Assembly: GCA_040830765.1 (NCBI GenBank)
Contig: JBFOMH010000022.1
Coordinates: forward strand, 1 to 61,486
Origin: Puniceicoccaceae bacterium
GTDB lineage: Bacteria; Verrucomicrobiota; Verrucomicrobiia; Opitutales; Oceanipulchritudinaceae
DNA length: 61,486 bases
Direction of reading: 5' to 3'
The position numbers were made by a program, and so were the translations under genes. How positions within the stretch are numbered: position 1 is the first letter of the stretch; the number at the start of each line of letters is the position of its first letter. Of the stretch, positions 10,042 through 19,229 are shown one piece after another. Under the pieces are notes generated by a model. The model saw nothing but the letters and a program-made list of their open reading frames with translations, made no database searches and was not told the DNA's origin.

Positions 10042-11256
10042 ATGGCTCTGATTGTACAGAAATACGGAGGAACATCGGTCAAGGACTTGGATCGCATTCG
10101 CGCGGTAGCCAAGCGGATCAAGGAAACCTGCGATGAAGGAAACAAGGTGGTCGTGGTGGTCTCCGCCCGGGGCGGGGTGACCAATCGACTCGTTGCCGAT
10201 GCCAAGGCCCTGCACCCGGAGCCGGATAACCGCGAGATGGACATGCTCCTTTCCGTTGGTGAGCAGGAAACCATCGCCCTGACGACGATCGCCCTGCACG
10301 CATTGGGCCAGGCGGCCGTCTCCCGCACGGGAGCCCAGGCCGGCATGATCACGGACAACGTCCATACCAAGGCCCGGCTCATCAATATTCACGGGGGTGA
10401 CATTCCGCAGCAGCTGGAGATGGGCAAGGTGGTCATTGTGGCCGGATTCCAGGGCGTCAATAATGAAGGACAAATCACCACCCTTGGCCGGGGCGGTTCC
10501 GACTTGTCTGCCATTGCCCTTGCCGCCGCCCTCAAGGCGGACTACTGCGAAATCCTCACCGATGTGGACGGGGTCTACACCGCTGACCCGCGGGTTGTCG
10601 CGGATGCCCGCAAGCTGCCCGAGCTGGCCTATGAGGAAATGCTCGAGCTGGCCAGCATGGGGTCCAAGGTGATGCAGTCGCGGGCGGTCGAATTTGCCAA
10701 CAAACACAATGTGCCATTTGTGGTGCGCAACAGTTATAACAAGAATCCAGGAACGATGGTGAAAGCAGATACCACTCTTGAAGATGTCGTTGTCCGCGGG
10801 GTTGCCTGCGACAAGAACCAGACCAAAGTTGTGGTCAGTGAATTGCCGGACCAACCAGGTGCCGCCTCGCTGGTCTTCCAGTCCCTCGCCGATGCCAAGG
10901 TCAACGTCGACATGATCGTGCAGAATGTCGGCCGTGACGGGGTTGCCAACCTGACCTTTACCGTGGCAACCGATGAGGTCACGATGGCCGAGAAGGCCGT
11001 CAATGCCTGCCTTGAGAAAATGGGGCAGGGGGAGGTTGTCCTGGCCGAGGCCATGGCCAAGATTTCTGTGGTCGGCATTGGCATGCGGAGCCACTCCGGC
11101 GTTGCCTCGACAATGTTCAGCGCCCTTGCCAGCAACGGGATCAATATCCAGTTGATCAGCACCAGTGAAATCAAGATCTCCGTCGCCATTGAGCAGGAAA
11201 AGGCGGACGAGGCAGTGCGGGTTGTCCATGCCGCCTTTGAACTGGAAAAGGAATAG
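10042..11256 (+). CDS. lysC: Aspartate kinase
   Basis: VQKYGGTSV, TTLGRGGSDLSA, TDVDGVYTADP and two ACT domains ending STSEIKIS. Confidence 0.95.
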   Translation: MALIVQKYGGTSVKDLDRIRAVAKRIKETCDEGNKVVVVVSARGGVTNRLVADAKALHPEPDNREMDMLLSVGEQETIALTTIALHALGQAAVSRTGAQAGMITDNVHTKARLINIHGGDIPQQLEMGKVVIVAGFQGVNNEGQITTLGRGGSDLSAIALAAALKADYCEILTDVDGVYTADPRVVADARKLPELAYEEMLELASMGSKVMQSRAVEFANKHNVPFVVRNSYNKNPGTMVKADTTLEDVVVRGVACDKNQTKVVVSELPDQPGAASLVFQSLADAKVNVDMIVQNVGRDGVANLTFTVATDEVTMAEKAVNACLEKMGQGEVVLAEAMAKISVVGIGMRSHSGVASTMFSALASNGINIQLISTSEIKISVAIEQEKADEAVRVVHAAFELEKE

Positions 11257-11261
11257 GCTTC

Positions 11262-12617
11262 ATGCGCTACATTTCCACCCGCGGTCAAAGTGAGGCACTC
11301 TCCTTCACGGAGGCCGTGGCAACAGGGCTTGCCCCGGACGGGGGTCTCTACGTCCCCGAAAGCCTGCCCGATATCCGGTCCTTCCTCAAGGAATGGGAAT
11401 CGCTATCCTACGCGGAGCTCTGCTACCGCTTCTTTGAGCTCTTTGCCACTGACCTCGATCCGGCCATTCTCAAGTCCTGTGTTGATGATGCCTATTCGCG
11501 CTTTGACGATGAGCGCATCGCCCCTTTGCGGGAGCTGGAGCCGGGCTTGCATGTGCTGGAGCTGTTCCATGGTCCGACCCTGGCCTTCAAGGACTTTGCC
11601 CTGCAGTTGCTGGGCAACCTCTATGAGGCCCAGATCGAACGGACCGGACAGCCGATTACCGTCCTCGGGGCAACTTCGGGCGATACCGGTGCTGCGGCTA
11701 TCCATGGGCTCTTGGGCAAGAAGGGCGTCAATATCTTCATCCTCTATCCCCAAGGCGGAGTTTCTGCGCTGCAGGAGCGGCAAATGACCTGCACCGGGTC
11801 CGGCAATGTCTATGCTATCGGCATCGACGGGACCTTTGATGATGCCCAGACCACCCTCAAGGATGTCTTCGGGGACATGGAATTCCGGAGGTCCGTCAAT
11901 CTTAGCGCGGTTAACTCGATCAATCTCGCCCGGGTCCTTGCCCAGTGTGTCTACTACATCTATGCCTGGTTCCAGTTGTCTCAGGCTGAACGGGAGAACG
12001 TCACCTTTGTCGTCCCGACGGGCAATTTCGGCAATGTGCTGGCTGGCTGGTGGGCCCAGAAGATGGGATTGCCGATCAGTGGATTCCGGATTGCCACGAA
12101 CCAGAATGACATCCTCTACCGGCTCTTCACCACCGGCCGCTACCTCATCGATTCAGTCCGCCCCAGCCATGCGCCCTCGATGGATATCCAGATCGCCAGC
12201 AATTTCGAGCGCTTCCTTTATTTCCATGAAAAGGGCGATGCGGAGGCCGTCCGTGAAATCATGGCCCGCTTCAAGGAAAGCGGTGATTACCGCTTTGACG
12301 AATTTGACCGTGATACCTTCAGCGCCTCCCGGGCAGACGATGCCGATATCCGGGAATTGACCCAGCAAGTGTACCAGAAATACGGCTACACCGTGGATCC
12401 GCACACGGCCTGTGGGTTTCAGGATCTTCCCGAGGAGGGCACCCGCATCATCCTCGGCACGGCCCATCCGGCCAAGTTCCCGGATGTCATCGAGTCAGCT
12501 ATCGGGCTCCATCCGGTCTCGCCGGTCCTCGAGGCCCTCAAGGAAAAAACGCCGTCTGCGTATAGTCTTGAGCCGCAACCTGAGGCGGTTAAGGTTTTTA
12601 TCCGGAGTCACTTGTAG
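11262..12617 (+). CDS. thrC: Threonine synthase
   Basis: MRYISTRG, LELFHGPTLAFKD (PLP lysine), ATSGDTG, VPTGNFGN, TAHPAKF. Confidence 0.95.
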   Translation: MRYISTRGQSEALSFTEAVATGLAPDGGLYVPESLPDIRSFLKEWESLSYAELCYRFFELFATDLDPAILKSCVDDAYSRFDDERIAPLRELEPGLHVLELFHGPTLAFKDFALQLLGNLYEAQIERTGQPITVLGATSGDTGAAAIHGLLGKKGVNIFILYPQGGVSALQERQMTCTGSGNVYAIGIDGTFDDAQTTLKDVFGDMEFRRSVNLSAVNSINLARVLAQCVYYIYAWFQLSQAERENVTFVVPTGNFGNVLAGWWAQKMGLPISGFRIATNQNDILYRLFTTGRYLIDSVRPSHAPSMDIQIASNFERFLYFHEKGDAEAVREIMARFKESGDYRFDEFDRDTFSASRADDADIRELTQQVYQKYGYTVDPHTACGFQDLPEEGTRIILGTAHPAKFPDVIESAIGLHPVSPVLEALKEKTPSAYSLEPQPEAVKVFIRSHL

Positions 12618-12640
12618 ATTCATCAAAAGACCCTTCACCC

Positions 12641-13648
12641 ATGAATATTTGTATCCTGCCAGCCGGCGCCTGGGGAACAGCGCTGGCCATCCACCTTTCC
12701 CGCCGCGGGCATAGCGTCACCCTGGTACCGCATACCCTGGAAGAAGCCATGGACATGGGCGCTACCCGGGAGAACCGGCGCTTTTTCCCGGGACATCCAC
12801 TGCCCGCTGACCTGCAGATCGGGTTTGAAATCAAGCCCGCCCTGATGGAGGCCGAGGTCTGCATCCTCGCCTGCCCCTCGAAGTTTCTCCGTTCAGTTTG
12901 CCGGAATGTCCGCTCCCAACTGGATGAGGCCCAGTCCCTGAAACTCTTTGTCACTATTTGCAAGGGACTCGAGGAGGGCAGTAACGAGATTCCCAGTACG
13001 ATTCTGGAAACGGAACTTCCTGGTTATTTCCACGGTGTGCTCAGCGGGCCGACTTTTGCCAGTCAGGTTGCCGAGGGCCAGCCCTCCGCGATTGTCCTCG
13101 CCACGAATGCGCCCGAGGAAATCATGCGCAAGCTCCAGCAGGCAGTCAGTGGAGAGAACCTGCGGGTCTATACCAGCGATGACATGGTCGGTGTCGAATT
13201 GGGGGGATGCCTGAAGAATGTCTATGCCATGGCCGCGGGCATGTGCGATGGACTGGGCCTGCGGGACAACAGCAAGGCAGCCCTCCTGACACGGGCCCTG
13301 CACGAGCTGGTCCGCGTGGGGACCGCACTGGGCGGCCGGCCGGAGACATTCTACGGCCTGACCGGATTTGGTGACCTGGTCCTGACCTGCAACGGGCAGG
13401 AGAGCCGTAATCGCACATTCGGGGAGTTGTTTGCCAAGGGAACCTCGGTCAAGACGCTGATCGAAGAGAAGCAAATGACCGTTGAGGGCTACCGGACCTC
13501 CCATTGCTTCCACCACATCTGCCAGGAAAAAGGCATTGAAGCCCCGATTCTGGAGCAAATCTATGGCATTCTCTACGATGGACAGACGGCCGATAAGGCC
13601 ATCAGGGCCCTCATGGGGCGCGAATTGAAGTCGGAATTACAACGTTAA
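12641..13648 (+). CDS. gpsA: NAD(P)H-dependent glycerol-3-phosphate dehydrogenase
   Basis: AGAWGTALA, LSGPTFA, GVELGGCLKNV, GDLVLTC...SRN. Confidence 0.95.
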   Translation: MNICILPAGAWGTALAIHLSRRGHSVTLVPHTLEEAMDMGATRENRRFFPGHPLPADLQIGFEIKPALMEAEVCILACPSKFLRSVCRNVRSQLDEAQSLKLFVTICKGLEEGSNEIPSTILETELPGYFHGVLSGPTFASQVAEGQPSAIVLATNAPEEIMRKLQQAVSGENLRVYTSDDMVGVELGGCLKNVYAMAAGMCDGLGLRDNSKAALLTRALHELVRVGTALGGRPETFYGLTGFGDLVLTCNGQESRNRTFGELFAKGTSVKTLIEEKQMTVEGYRTSHCFHHICQEKGIEAPILEQIYGILYDGQTADKAIRALMGRELKSELQR

Positions 13649-13718
13649 TAAAGCGTCAAGAAAGCTTCCTGACCATTTTTCCTTTCCAACCTACCATTAA
13701 TTACACTATCAAGACTCC

Positions 13719-14213
13719 ATGAAATTGCGGAGTTTACGCGGCTTAACGCTTGTGGAGCTGATGATTGTGGTGGCAATTATCGGCATTATGGCCGCGTTGG
13801 CGATTCCCCTCTTCAAGATTCTCGTCAAGAAATCCCGGTTTTCCACATTGGCCAATGACCTCCGGACCCACAGTGGGGCCATTCATCAATACGCCATGCA
13901 GAACGGGAATTACCCGGACACCTTTACCGCAGCCGGGGTCCTGATTCCTGACATGGACGGCCTGCTCAGCAATAGCTGGACGGAGCCTTCACCGGTCGGT
14001 GGTGTCTACACCTGGATTTATGTCAAGACCGGCAAGCCAACGACCCGAAGCGCCTATATCCAGATTGTCGAGACAGGGTCCTCTCCATTTGCCATGGGCT
14101 TGTCGGATGTCGTGGCATTGGACAAGCGGATCGATGACGGCAACCTGGCGACTGGTTACCTGCAGGTGGCTGGGAACCGCATTCGCTATTACCTAAAGCT
14201 GCCGACCGAATAG
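13719..14213 (+). CDS. Type IV pilin-like protein
   Basis: Class III signal RG|LTLVELMIVVAIIGIMAALAIP; 164 aa; DKRIDDG motif near the C-terminus. Confidence 0.85.
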   Translation: MKLRSLRGLTLVELMIVVAIIGIMAALAIPLFKILVKKSRFSTLANDLRTHSGAIHQYAMQNGNYPDTFTAAGVLIPDMDGLLSNSWTEPSPVGGVYTWIYVKTGKPTTRSAYIQIVETGSSPFAMGLSDVVALDKRIDDGNLATGYLQVAGNRIRYYLKLPTE

Positions 14214-14220
14214 GCTCGAG

Positions 14221-15540
14221 TCAGCTTGGGTTTGAATCGACCGGTTTTGGCAGAAGCAGCGAAAACAGGGCTGCGAGAAAAAGCAGGGCGGCTCCAGTGA
14301 GGTAGGAGACCTGCGAACCAAGGGCCCAGAATATCACGGCTCCAAAAATCGGCCCGACGGCCCGGCCAAGGGCACCCGTGGAACGGAAGGCTCCCAATTC
14401 AGCTCCCTGGCTGCTGGCTGGCGAGTAGAGGGAAACGAGGGCTGAAAGGGACGGGCTGGCACAGCCCACGCCGATGCCGAGAAAAGCCAGGCCGATGTAG
14501 AAAAGTCCACTGTCCCGGCTAACCGAGAGGCAAATCATGGCCACGACCCCGGAGAGGAGTCCGAGGGTGGTAAAGTTGCGCTCCCCGAAGCGGTGTCCGT
14601 AGCGGCGGATGGCGAAACCCTGCGTAAAGGCCAGGACCAGCCCGATGAAGACAAACATCAGGGACATCTGGTGGGGTTCGTAAAAGAGTCGCTCCAAGGC
14701 GAGGAAGGTGAGGGTGAACTCCATTCCGGAGAAGGCGAAGATAAACAGGAAGTATACCTTGAGGGCCCGGCTGACGTCCGGGATGCGGGACCCAAACCGC
14801 AACAAGGGCCGCTTTTCCGCCTTGGCCGCCTCGCGTGCCGTTTCCGGGTGAGTTTCCGGAAAGGCCCGCCAGACCCAGAGGATGTTGATCAAGGCGAGGA
14901 TAAAGGCCAGCAGCGCCGGGAAGGAGAAGGGTGTCAGGCCGAAGGTGGCCATGCTGAATGGGTCGACCCCGAGATCCACCAGGGAGCCAAAACCGCCAAT
15001 TGCCGGCCCGAGGATAAATCCGAGCCCGAAGGCCACCCCGATCAGGGCCATGCCCTTGGAGCGTGTCCGGGTGTCGGTCAGGTCGGCGATGGCCGCTGTC
15101 GCGACAGCGATGTTGCCGGCCATGATCCCGGCAAGGACTCGGGCCACGATGAGGACCCAGAAGGCGCCGGAGAAAATCCAGATCAGGTAAGAGAGGGCGG
15201 TACCGGTGGTCGTGATGAGAAGAATCGGCCGACGGCCATGCTTGTCGGAGAGCCGGCCCCAAATCGGCGAGGCAAAGAACTGCAGCAGGCTGTAGAGGGA
15301 ACCGAGGATTCCCCCGAAGAGGACCGCTACGAGGAAGGACTGGTTGCCGCCCTGGGTCAGCTCCATGAGAAACTGGATGAGGCGGTCCAGCAGCGAGCCG
15401 TCTGCTTCCCGGGGCAGATACCACTCCAGCATCGCCGGGAAAATCGGGAAGATGATGGAAAAGCCAACAAGGTCGATAAAGACCGTCAGCCAGACAATAC
15501 CGGCGGTACGCCTGTTAGTGGGGGAATCTGCCGAACCCAT
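14221..15540 (-). CDS. MFS transporter, TetA/DHA1-like
   Basis: Motif A (GRLSDKHGRRPIL), DLVGFSIIFP, motif C (GLGFILGPAIGG) and about 12 TM helices. Confidence 0.9.
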   Translation of the reverse strand: MGSADSPTNRRTAGIVWLTVFIDLVGFSIIFPIFPAMLEWYLPREADGSLLDRLIQFLMELTQGGNQSFLVAVLFGGILGSLYSLLQFFASPIWGRLSDKHGRRPILLITTTGTALSYLIWIFSGAFWVLIVARVLAGIMAGNIAVATAAIADLTDTRTRSKGMALIGVAFGLGFILGPAIGGFGSLVDLGVDPFSMATFGLTPFSFPALLAFILALINILWVWRAFPETHPETAREAAKAEKRPLLRFGSRIPDVSRALKVYFLFIFAFSGMEFTLTFLALERLFYEPHQMSLMFVFIGLVLAFTQGFAIRRYGHRFGERNFTTLGLLSGVVAMICLSVSRDSGLFYIGLAFLGIGVGCASPSLSALVSLYSPASSQGAELGAFRSTGALGRAVGPIFGAVIFWALGSQVSYLTGAALLFLAALFSLLLPKPVDSNPS

Positions 15541-15547
15541 ATCCTCC

Positions 15548-16033
15548 TCAGTCGTGATTGAATTTCCGCTTCAGGGCAGCTGCCACGTTGAGCGGGACAA
15601 ACTTGGAAATCCGCTCCGGATCGTACATCGAGACCTGTTTCATGAGGGTTGAGCTGGTAAAGAAATACCGGGCCGAGGGCATCAGGAAAATGGTCTCCAC
15701 CTCGTCGGCGAGGTCGCGGTTCATCTGGGTCATCTGGAACTCAAACTCAAAGTCGGAGACCGCCCGCAGGCCGCGGATGAGGACGGTGGCATTCTGCTCG
15801 CGGGCAAAGTCCACCACCAGGCCGTCAAAGCTCGTCACCTCGACGGTTGTCAGGTCCTGGATGTTTGAAGCAATGAGGTCAATCCGCTCCTGCTTGCTGA
15901 AAAGGGGCTCTTTCTGGGAATTGTGGGCCACGGCCACGATTACCTTGTCGAAGATGTGACAAGCCCGCCTGAGAATGTCCAGGTGACCACTGGTCACTGG
16001 ATCGAAGGAACCTGGGTAAATAGCCGTTGCCAT
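15548..16033 (-). CDS. coaD: Pantetheine-phosphate adenylyltransferase
   Basis: [27 protein letters not shown]. Confidence 0.95.
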   Translation of the reverse strand: MATAIYPGSFDPVTSGHLDILRRACHIFDKVIVAVAHNSQKEPLFSKQERIDLIASNIQDLTTVEVTSFDGLVVDFAREQNATVLIRGLRAVSDFEFEFQMTQMNRDLADEVETIFLMPSARYFFTSSTLMKQVSMYDPERISKFVPLNVAAALKRKFNHD

Positions 16034-16168
16034 AAGAAAGAAGTATCATGAAGGCATTGAGCGCCTCAGGTTAAGCCAAAAACGCAGCAATCGCCATTTT
16101 AGGCATATCTTGCTCCGCTTTATCCTTGGAAAGCCGCAACGGAATGCCCATAGATTTGGAGGATTGCC

Positions 16169-16810
16169 ATGCGTCACGTTCCGAACCTTATCACCTTTTC
16201 CCGCATCGGGGTATTGATTGCCCTTGTCTGGCTGGTCCTGCAATCGTGGACCGGGGCCGCCACCCTGGCGTTCTTCTGTATCCTCTACGGCTCCATTTCC
16301 GACTTCCTGGACGGCTATATTGCCCGCAAGTACAACCTGATTACCAACTTTGGGAAAATCATGGACGCGCTGGTCGACAAGGTGATGACGCTGGGAGCGT
16401 TCATCCTGCTGGTCTGGCTGGGACAGGTGAGGGCCGGGGAGATTGGATACTTGCGCCCGGTCGAGCTGACCTCGGTTATTGTCGCCCTGATGGCCATCCG
16501 GGAAATCGGGATTACCCTGATGCGCTTTGTGGCGGCCCGGAGGAACGTTGTCCTGGCGGCGGAAAAGGCGGGTAAACGCAAGACCATCTGGCAGGTCACG
16601 GGGATTTGCGTCCTTTTTGCGGTCCCGATGTTCGGACGCGACTTTGAGGCTTGGCTCGGTGCCGACCTGCAGACTTTCGCCCTTTATGTCTGGATCAACG
16701 GGTACATGTACTTCCTGCTCTCCGCCTGGCTGACCATTTCTTCCGGATACAAATATTTCCGCCAGTACGGGCCGCTCGTCTTTGGCAAAAACACGACCAA
16801 TGTGGCCTAA
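16169..16810 (+). CDS. pgsA: CDP-diacylglycerol--glycerol-3-phosphate 3-phosphatidyltransferase
   Basis: PNLITFSR and the CDP-alcohol motif DFLDGYIARKYNLITNFGKIMDALVDK; GKRKT. Confidence 0.9.
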   Translation: MRHVPNLITFSRIGVLIALVWLVLQSWTGAATLAFFCILYGSISDFLDGYIARKYNLITNFGKIMDALVDKVMTLGAFILLVWLGQVRAGEIGYLRPVELTSVIVALMAIREIGITLMRFVAARRNVVLAAEKAGKRKTIWQVTGICVLFAVPMFGRDFEAWLGADLQTFALYVWINGYMYFLLSAWLTISSGYKYFRQYGPLVFGKNTTNVA

Positions 16811-17354
16811 GGTACAGAAAGTCCTCGGGTTTTTGCCGACCAAACTGGTGACCGGGCTTGCTACCTGTGGCCCGGTTGGCAAATGGGGCATTGCCCCGGG
16901 GACCAATGGCAGCGTGGTCGGGGTGCTGCTCTACACCGCCATTTTCTTCAACCTCTCCATCGGTCAGGAAATCCTCGTCATCCTTATCATGGCCGGCATG
17001 GCCATCCTCCTCTGCGATGAAGCGGAGCGCCGCCTGCAAAAGCGGGATCCGGGCGAGGTCGTCCTCGATGAGATTGTCGCCGTTCCCCTCTGCTTTCTCG
17101 GAATGAAGGGGCAAATGATTGATTCCGGGTATGTCTGGCTCTACCTGCTGGCCGGATTTTTTATCTTCCGGGTGTTTGACGTCGTAAAGCCATTCGGTAT
17201 CAACCGCTTACAGAAATATCCGGGAGGATTAGGGGTTGTTCTCGACGACCTCGCGGCCGCAGTGGCGACCAACATCACCCTGTGGGTGCTGGCCTTCGCG
17301 GCCTCCCACGGAAACTGGTCGAGTGTTATTTCAGGCTTAACAGGTAGTCCATAG
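16800..17354 (+). CDS. pgpA: Phosphatidylglycerophosphatase A
   Basis: APGTNGS, DPGEVVLDEI, FRVFDVVKP, GVVLDD. Start is either ATG 16800 or TTG 16782; overlaps pgsA. Confidence 0.9.
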   Translation: MWPKVQKVLGFLPTKLVTGLATCGPVGKWGIAPGTNGSVVGVLLYTAIFFNLSIGQEILVILIMAGMAILLCDEAERRLQKRDPGEVVLDEIVAVPLCFLGMKGQMIDSGYVWLYLLAGFFIFRVFDVVKPFGINRLQKYPGGLGVVLDDLAAAVATNITLWVLAFAASHGNWSSVISGLTGSP

Positions 17355-17760
17355 CCACCTGGTAGCCCATGGCTCCCATACCGGAGACCTGGGCCACGCA
17401 GGCAGGAGCGGTCACTGAATTGTGACGAAACTCCTCGCGCTGGTAGATATGGCTCAGGTGAACCTCGACAAAGCGGATGGGGCTCGCGGAAAGGGCATCC
17501 CGGAGGGCGACACTGGTGTGCGTGAAGCCGGCAGGATTGATGATCCCGAGGGTGATGCCTTCGTCGGACCACGTGTGGATCTGCTCAATCAGGTCCCCTT
17601 CGTGGTTGCTCTGGTAATGTACAATCTCCGCCCCCTTGTCCGCCGCATGGGCGGCAAGGGAGGCGAGGATGTCCTCAAGTGTCTGGTTGCCGTAGACATC
17701 CGGCTCGCGCTTGCCCAAGCGGTGCAGGTTGGGGCCGTTTAATATGGCTATCCTGTTCAT
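17326..17760 (-). CDS. aroQ: Type II 3-dehydroquinate dehydratase
   Basis: LNGPNLHRLGKREPDVYG, QSNHEG, INPAGFTHTS, EVHLS, REEFRH. Confidence 0.95.
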   Translation of the reverse strand: MNRIAILNGPNLHRLGKREPDVYGNQTLEDILASLAAHAADKGAEIVHYQSNHEGDLIEQIHTWSDEGITLGIINPAGFTHTSVALRDALSASPIRFVEVHLSHIYQREEFRHNSVTAPACVAQVSGMGAMGYQVAMDYLLSLK

Positions 17761-17799
17761 GATCAGTGCGTTCCGGTTGTCTGGGCGTGCCGGCACCCC

Positions 17800-18123
17800 T
17801 TAAAGGGATGCCGCCTTGCCTTGGAGGTCTGCCTTGGACATCAGGCCGACGGCCTGGTCCTTGAGTTCACCATCCTTGAAGAAGAGGATGGTCGGGATGG
17901 CGCGGACGCCATACTTCTGGGCGAGGCCCTGGTTTTCGTCGACATTGACCTTGGTCACCTTGACGGCGTCGCCCATTTCGGTGGCCAGCTCCTCCAGGAT
18001 CGGGGCAATGGTCCGGCAGGGGCCACACCAGGGAGCCCAGAAATCCACGATGACGGGCTGGGTGGCGGACGAGATGGTCTCGTCGAAAGTTGATTCGCTC
18101 AGGTTGATGATGTTTTCTGACAT
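17800..18123 (-). CDS. trxA: Thioredoxin
   Basis: WAPWCGPC; 107 aa. Confidence 0.95.
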   Translation of the reverse strand: MSENIINLSESTFDETISSATQPVIVDFWAPWCGPCRTIAPILEELATEMGDAVKVTKVNVDENQGLAQKYGVRAIPTILFFKDGELKDQAVGLMSKADLQGKAASL

Positions 18124-18161
18124 AGTGCTAATATTTGTTTTCGATTGAATGATGTTGCAAC

Positions 18162-18398
18162 CTATTGGGGCGTATTGCGGTGGATGAGCTCGCTGAGCTC
18201 CTCCTTGTCCGTATCCTCCAGCTCCTTCCCCTTGTCCTTCAAATCCTCGAAGGTCTTGATGAGGGTTTCCGTCATGCGCTCGTGTGTTTCCTCGGAGCCA
18301 CCAACAACGGAAAACTTCTCGGCCTGAGTCAGGCGCTTGTGGCCGTCCTCATTGTCGAGTCCCAATCCAAGAAGATGAGCTTTGCTGTTCGGTTTCAT
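18162..18398 (-). CDS. Small hypothetical protein
   Basis: 78-aa ORF, co-oriented between scpA and trxA; ordered-looking sequence (LLGLGLDNEDGHKRLT...GGSEETHERM). Confidence 0.7.
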   Translation of the reverse strand: MKPNSKAHLLGLGLDNEDGHKRLTQAEKFSVVGGSEETHERMTETLIKTFEDLKDKGKELEDTDKEELSELIHRNTPQ

Positions 18399-18447
18399 GC
18401 AGTATCTACCTGTAAGGTTGTCGAGGTATGAGTTTTTTCAAGCCAGA

Positions 18448-19218
18448 TTATTCCTTGTGGGCGGTACAGATGATGTCGGTAAAGGCGCCGTCTTGCTCCA
18501 GGTTGATTTTCCGCAGCCGGGTCAGTTCGAGCAGGGCAAGAAATGTCGAGACGGCATAGTGGACGGAAACGGGTCCCTTGATTAATTCGGAAAAGCGGAA
18601 GGTGGAGCGGGATTTGAGTTCGACGATGATGTCTTCCATCCGTTCGGCCACGGTAATGACCTCGTCATGGATCTGGCCGATGATGATCTTTTCCGAGAGC
18701 CGGCGGAGGACTTGGTTGAAGACATTCCAGATGGCAATTGGGTCGCTGGGATGAAGCGGCCGCTGGGGCTTTTCCTCGGCCTTGAGGAAGTATTCCCGGA
18801 AAAGGATGTTCTGGGCCTCTTCCATGAGGTCGGAGAGGGAACCAGCTGCGTCCTTGAACTTCTTGTACTCGATGAGCTGCTGGACCAGTTCCCAGCGCGG
18901 ATCGACTTCCTCTTCTTCATCATCGTCCATGCCGGGTAACTGCTCATCCTTGGGCAGGAGCAGGCGGCTCTTGTTCTGCATCAGGGTGGCCGCCATGACA
19001 AAGAATTCCCCGGCTACTTCGAGGCGCTGGTGCTCCATGTTGCGGAGAATATCCAGGTACTGGTGGGTAATGTGCTCGATGGGGATGTCGTAGATATCAA
19101 TTTCGCTCTTCCGGATGAGGAAGAGGAGCAAATCGAGCGGACCCTCGAAGATGGGCAGCGAGACCGAGTGGTCAAAGCCACGGATCAGGGGTTTTTCGTT
19201 GGCGGGTGCGTCGGGCAT
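18448..19218 (-). CDS. scpA: Segregation and condensation protein A (kleisin)
   Basis: FEGPLDLLLFLIRK, FFVMAATL...KSRLLLP, FLALLEL. Confidence 0.93.
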   Translation of the reverse strand: MPDAPANEKPLIRGFDHSVSLPIFEGPLDLLLFLIRKSEIDIYDIPIEHITHQYLDILRNMEHQRLEVAGEFFVMAATLMQNKSRLLLPKDEQLPGMDDDEEEEVDPRWELVQQLIEYKKFKDAAGSLSDLMEEAQNILFREYFLKAEEKPQRPLHPSDPIAIWNVFNQVLRRLSEKIIIGQIHDEVITVAERMEDIIVELKSRSTFRFSELIKGPVSVHYAVSTFLALLELTRLRKINLEQDGAFTDIICTAHKE

Positions 19219-19229
19219 GGATGGTTGCC

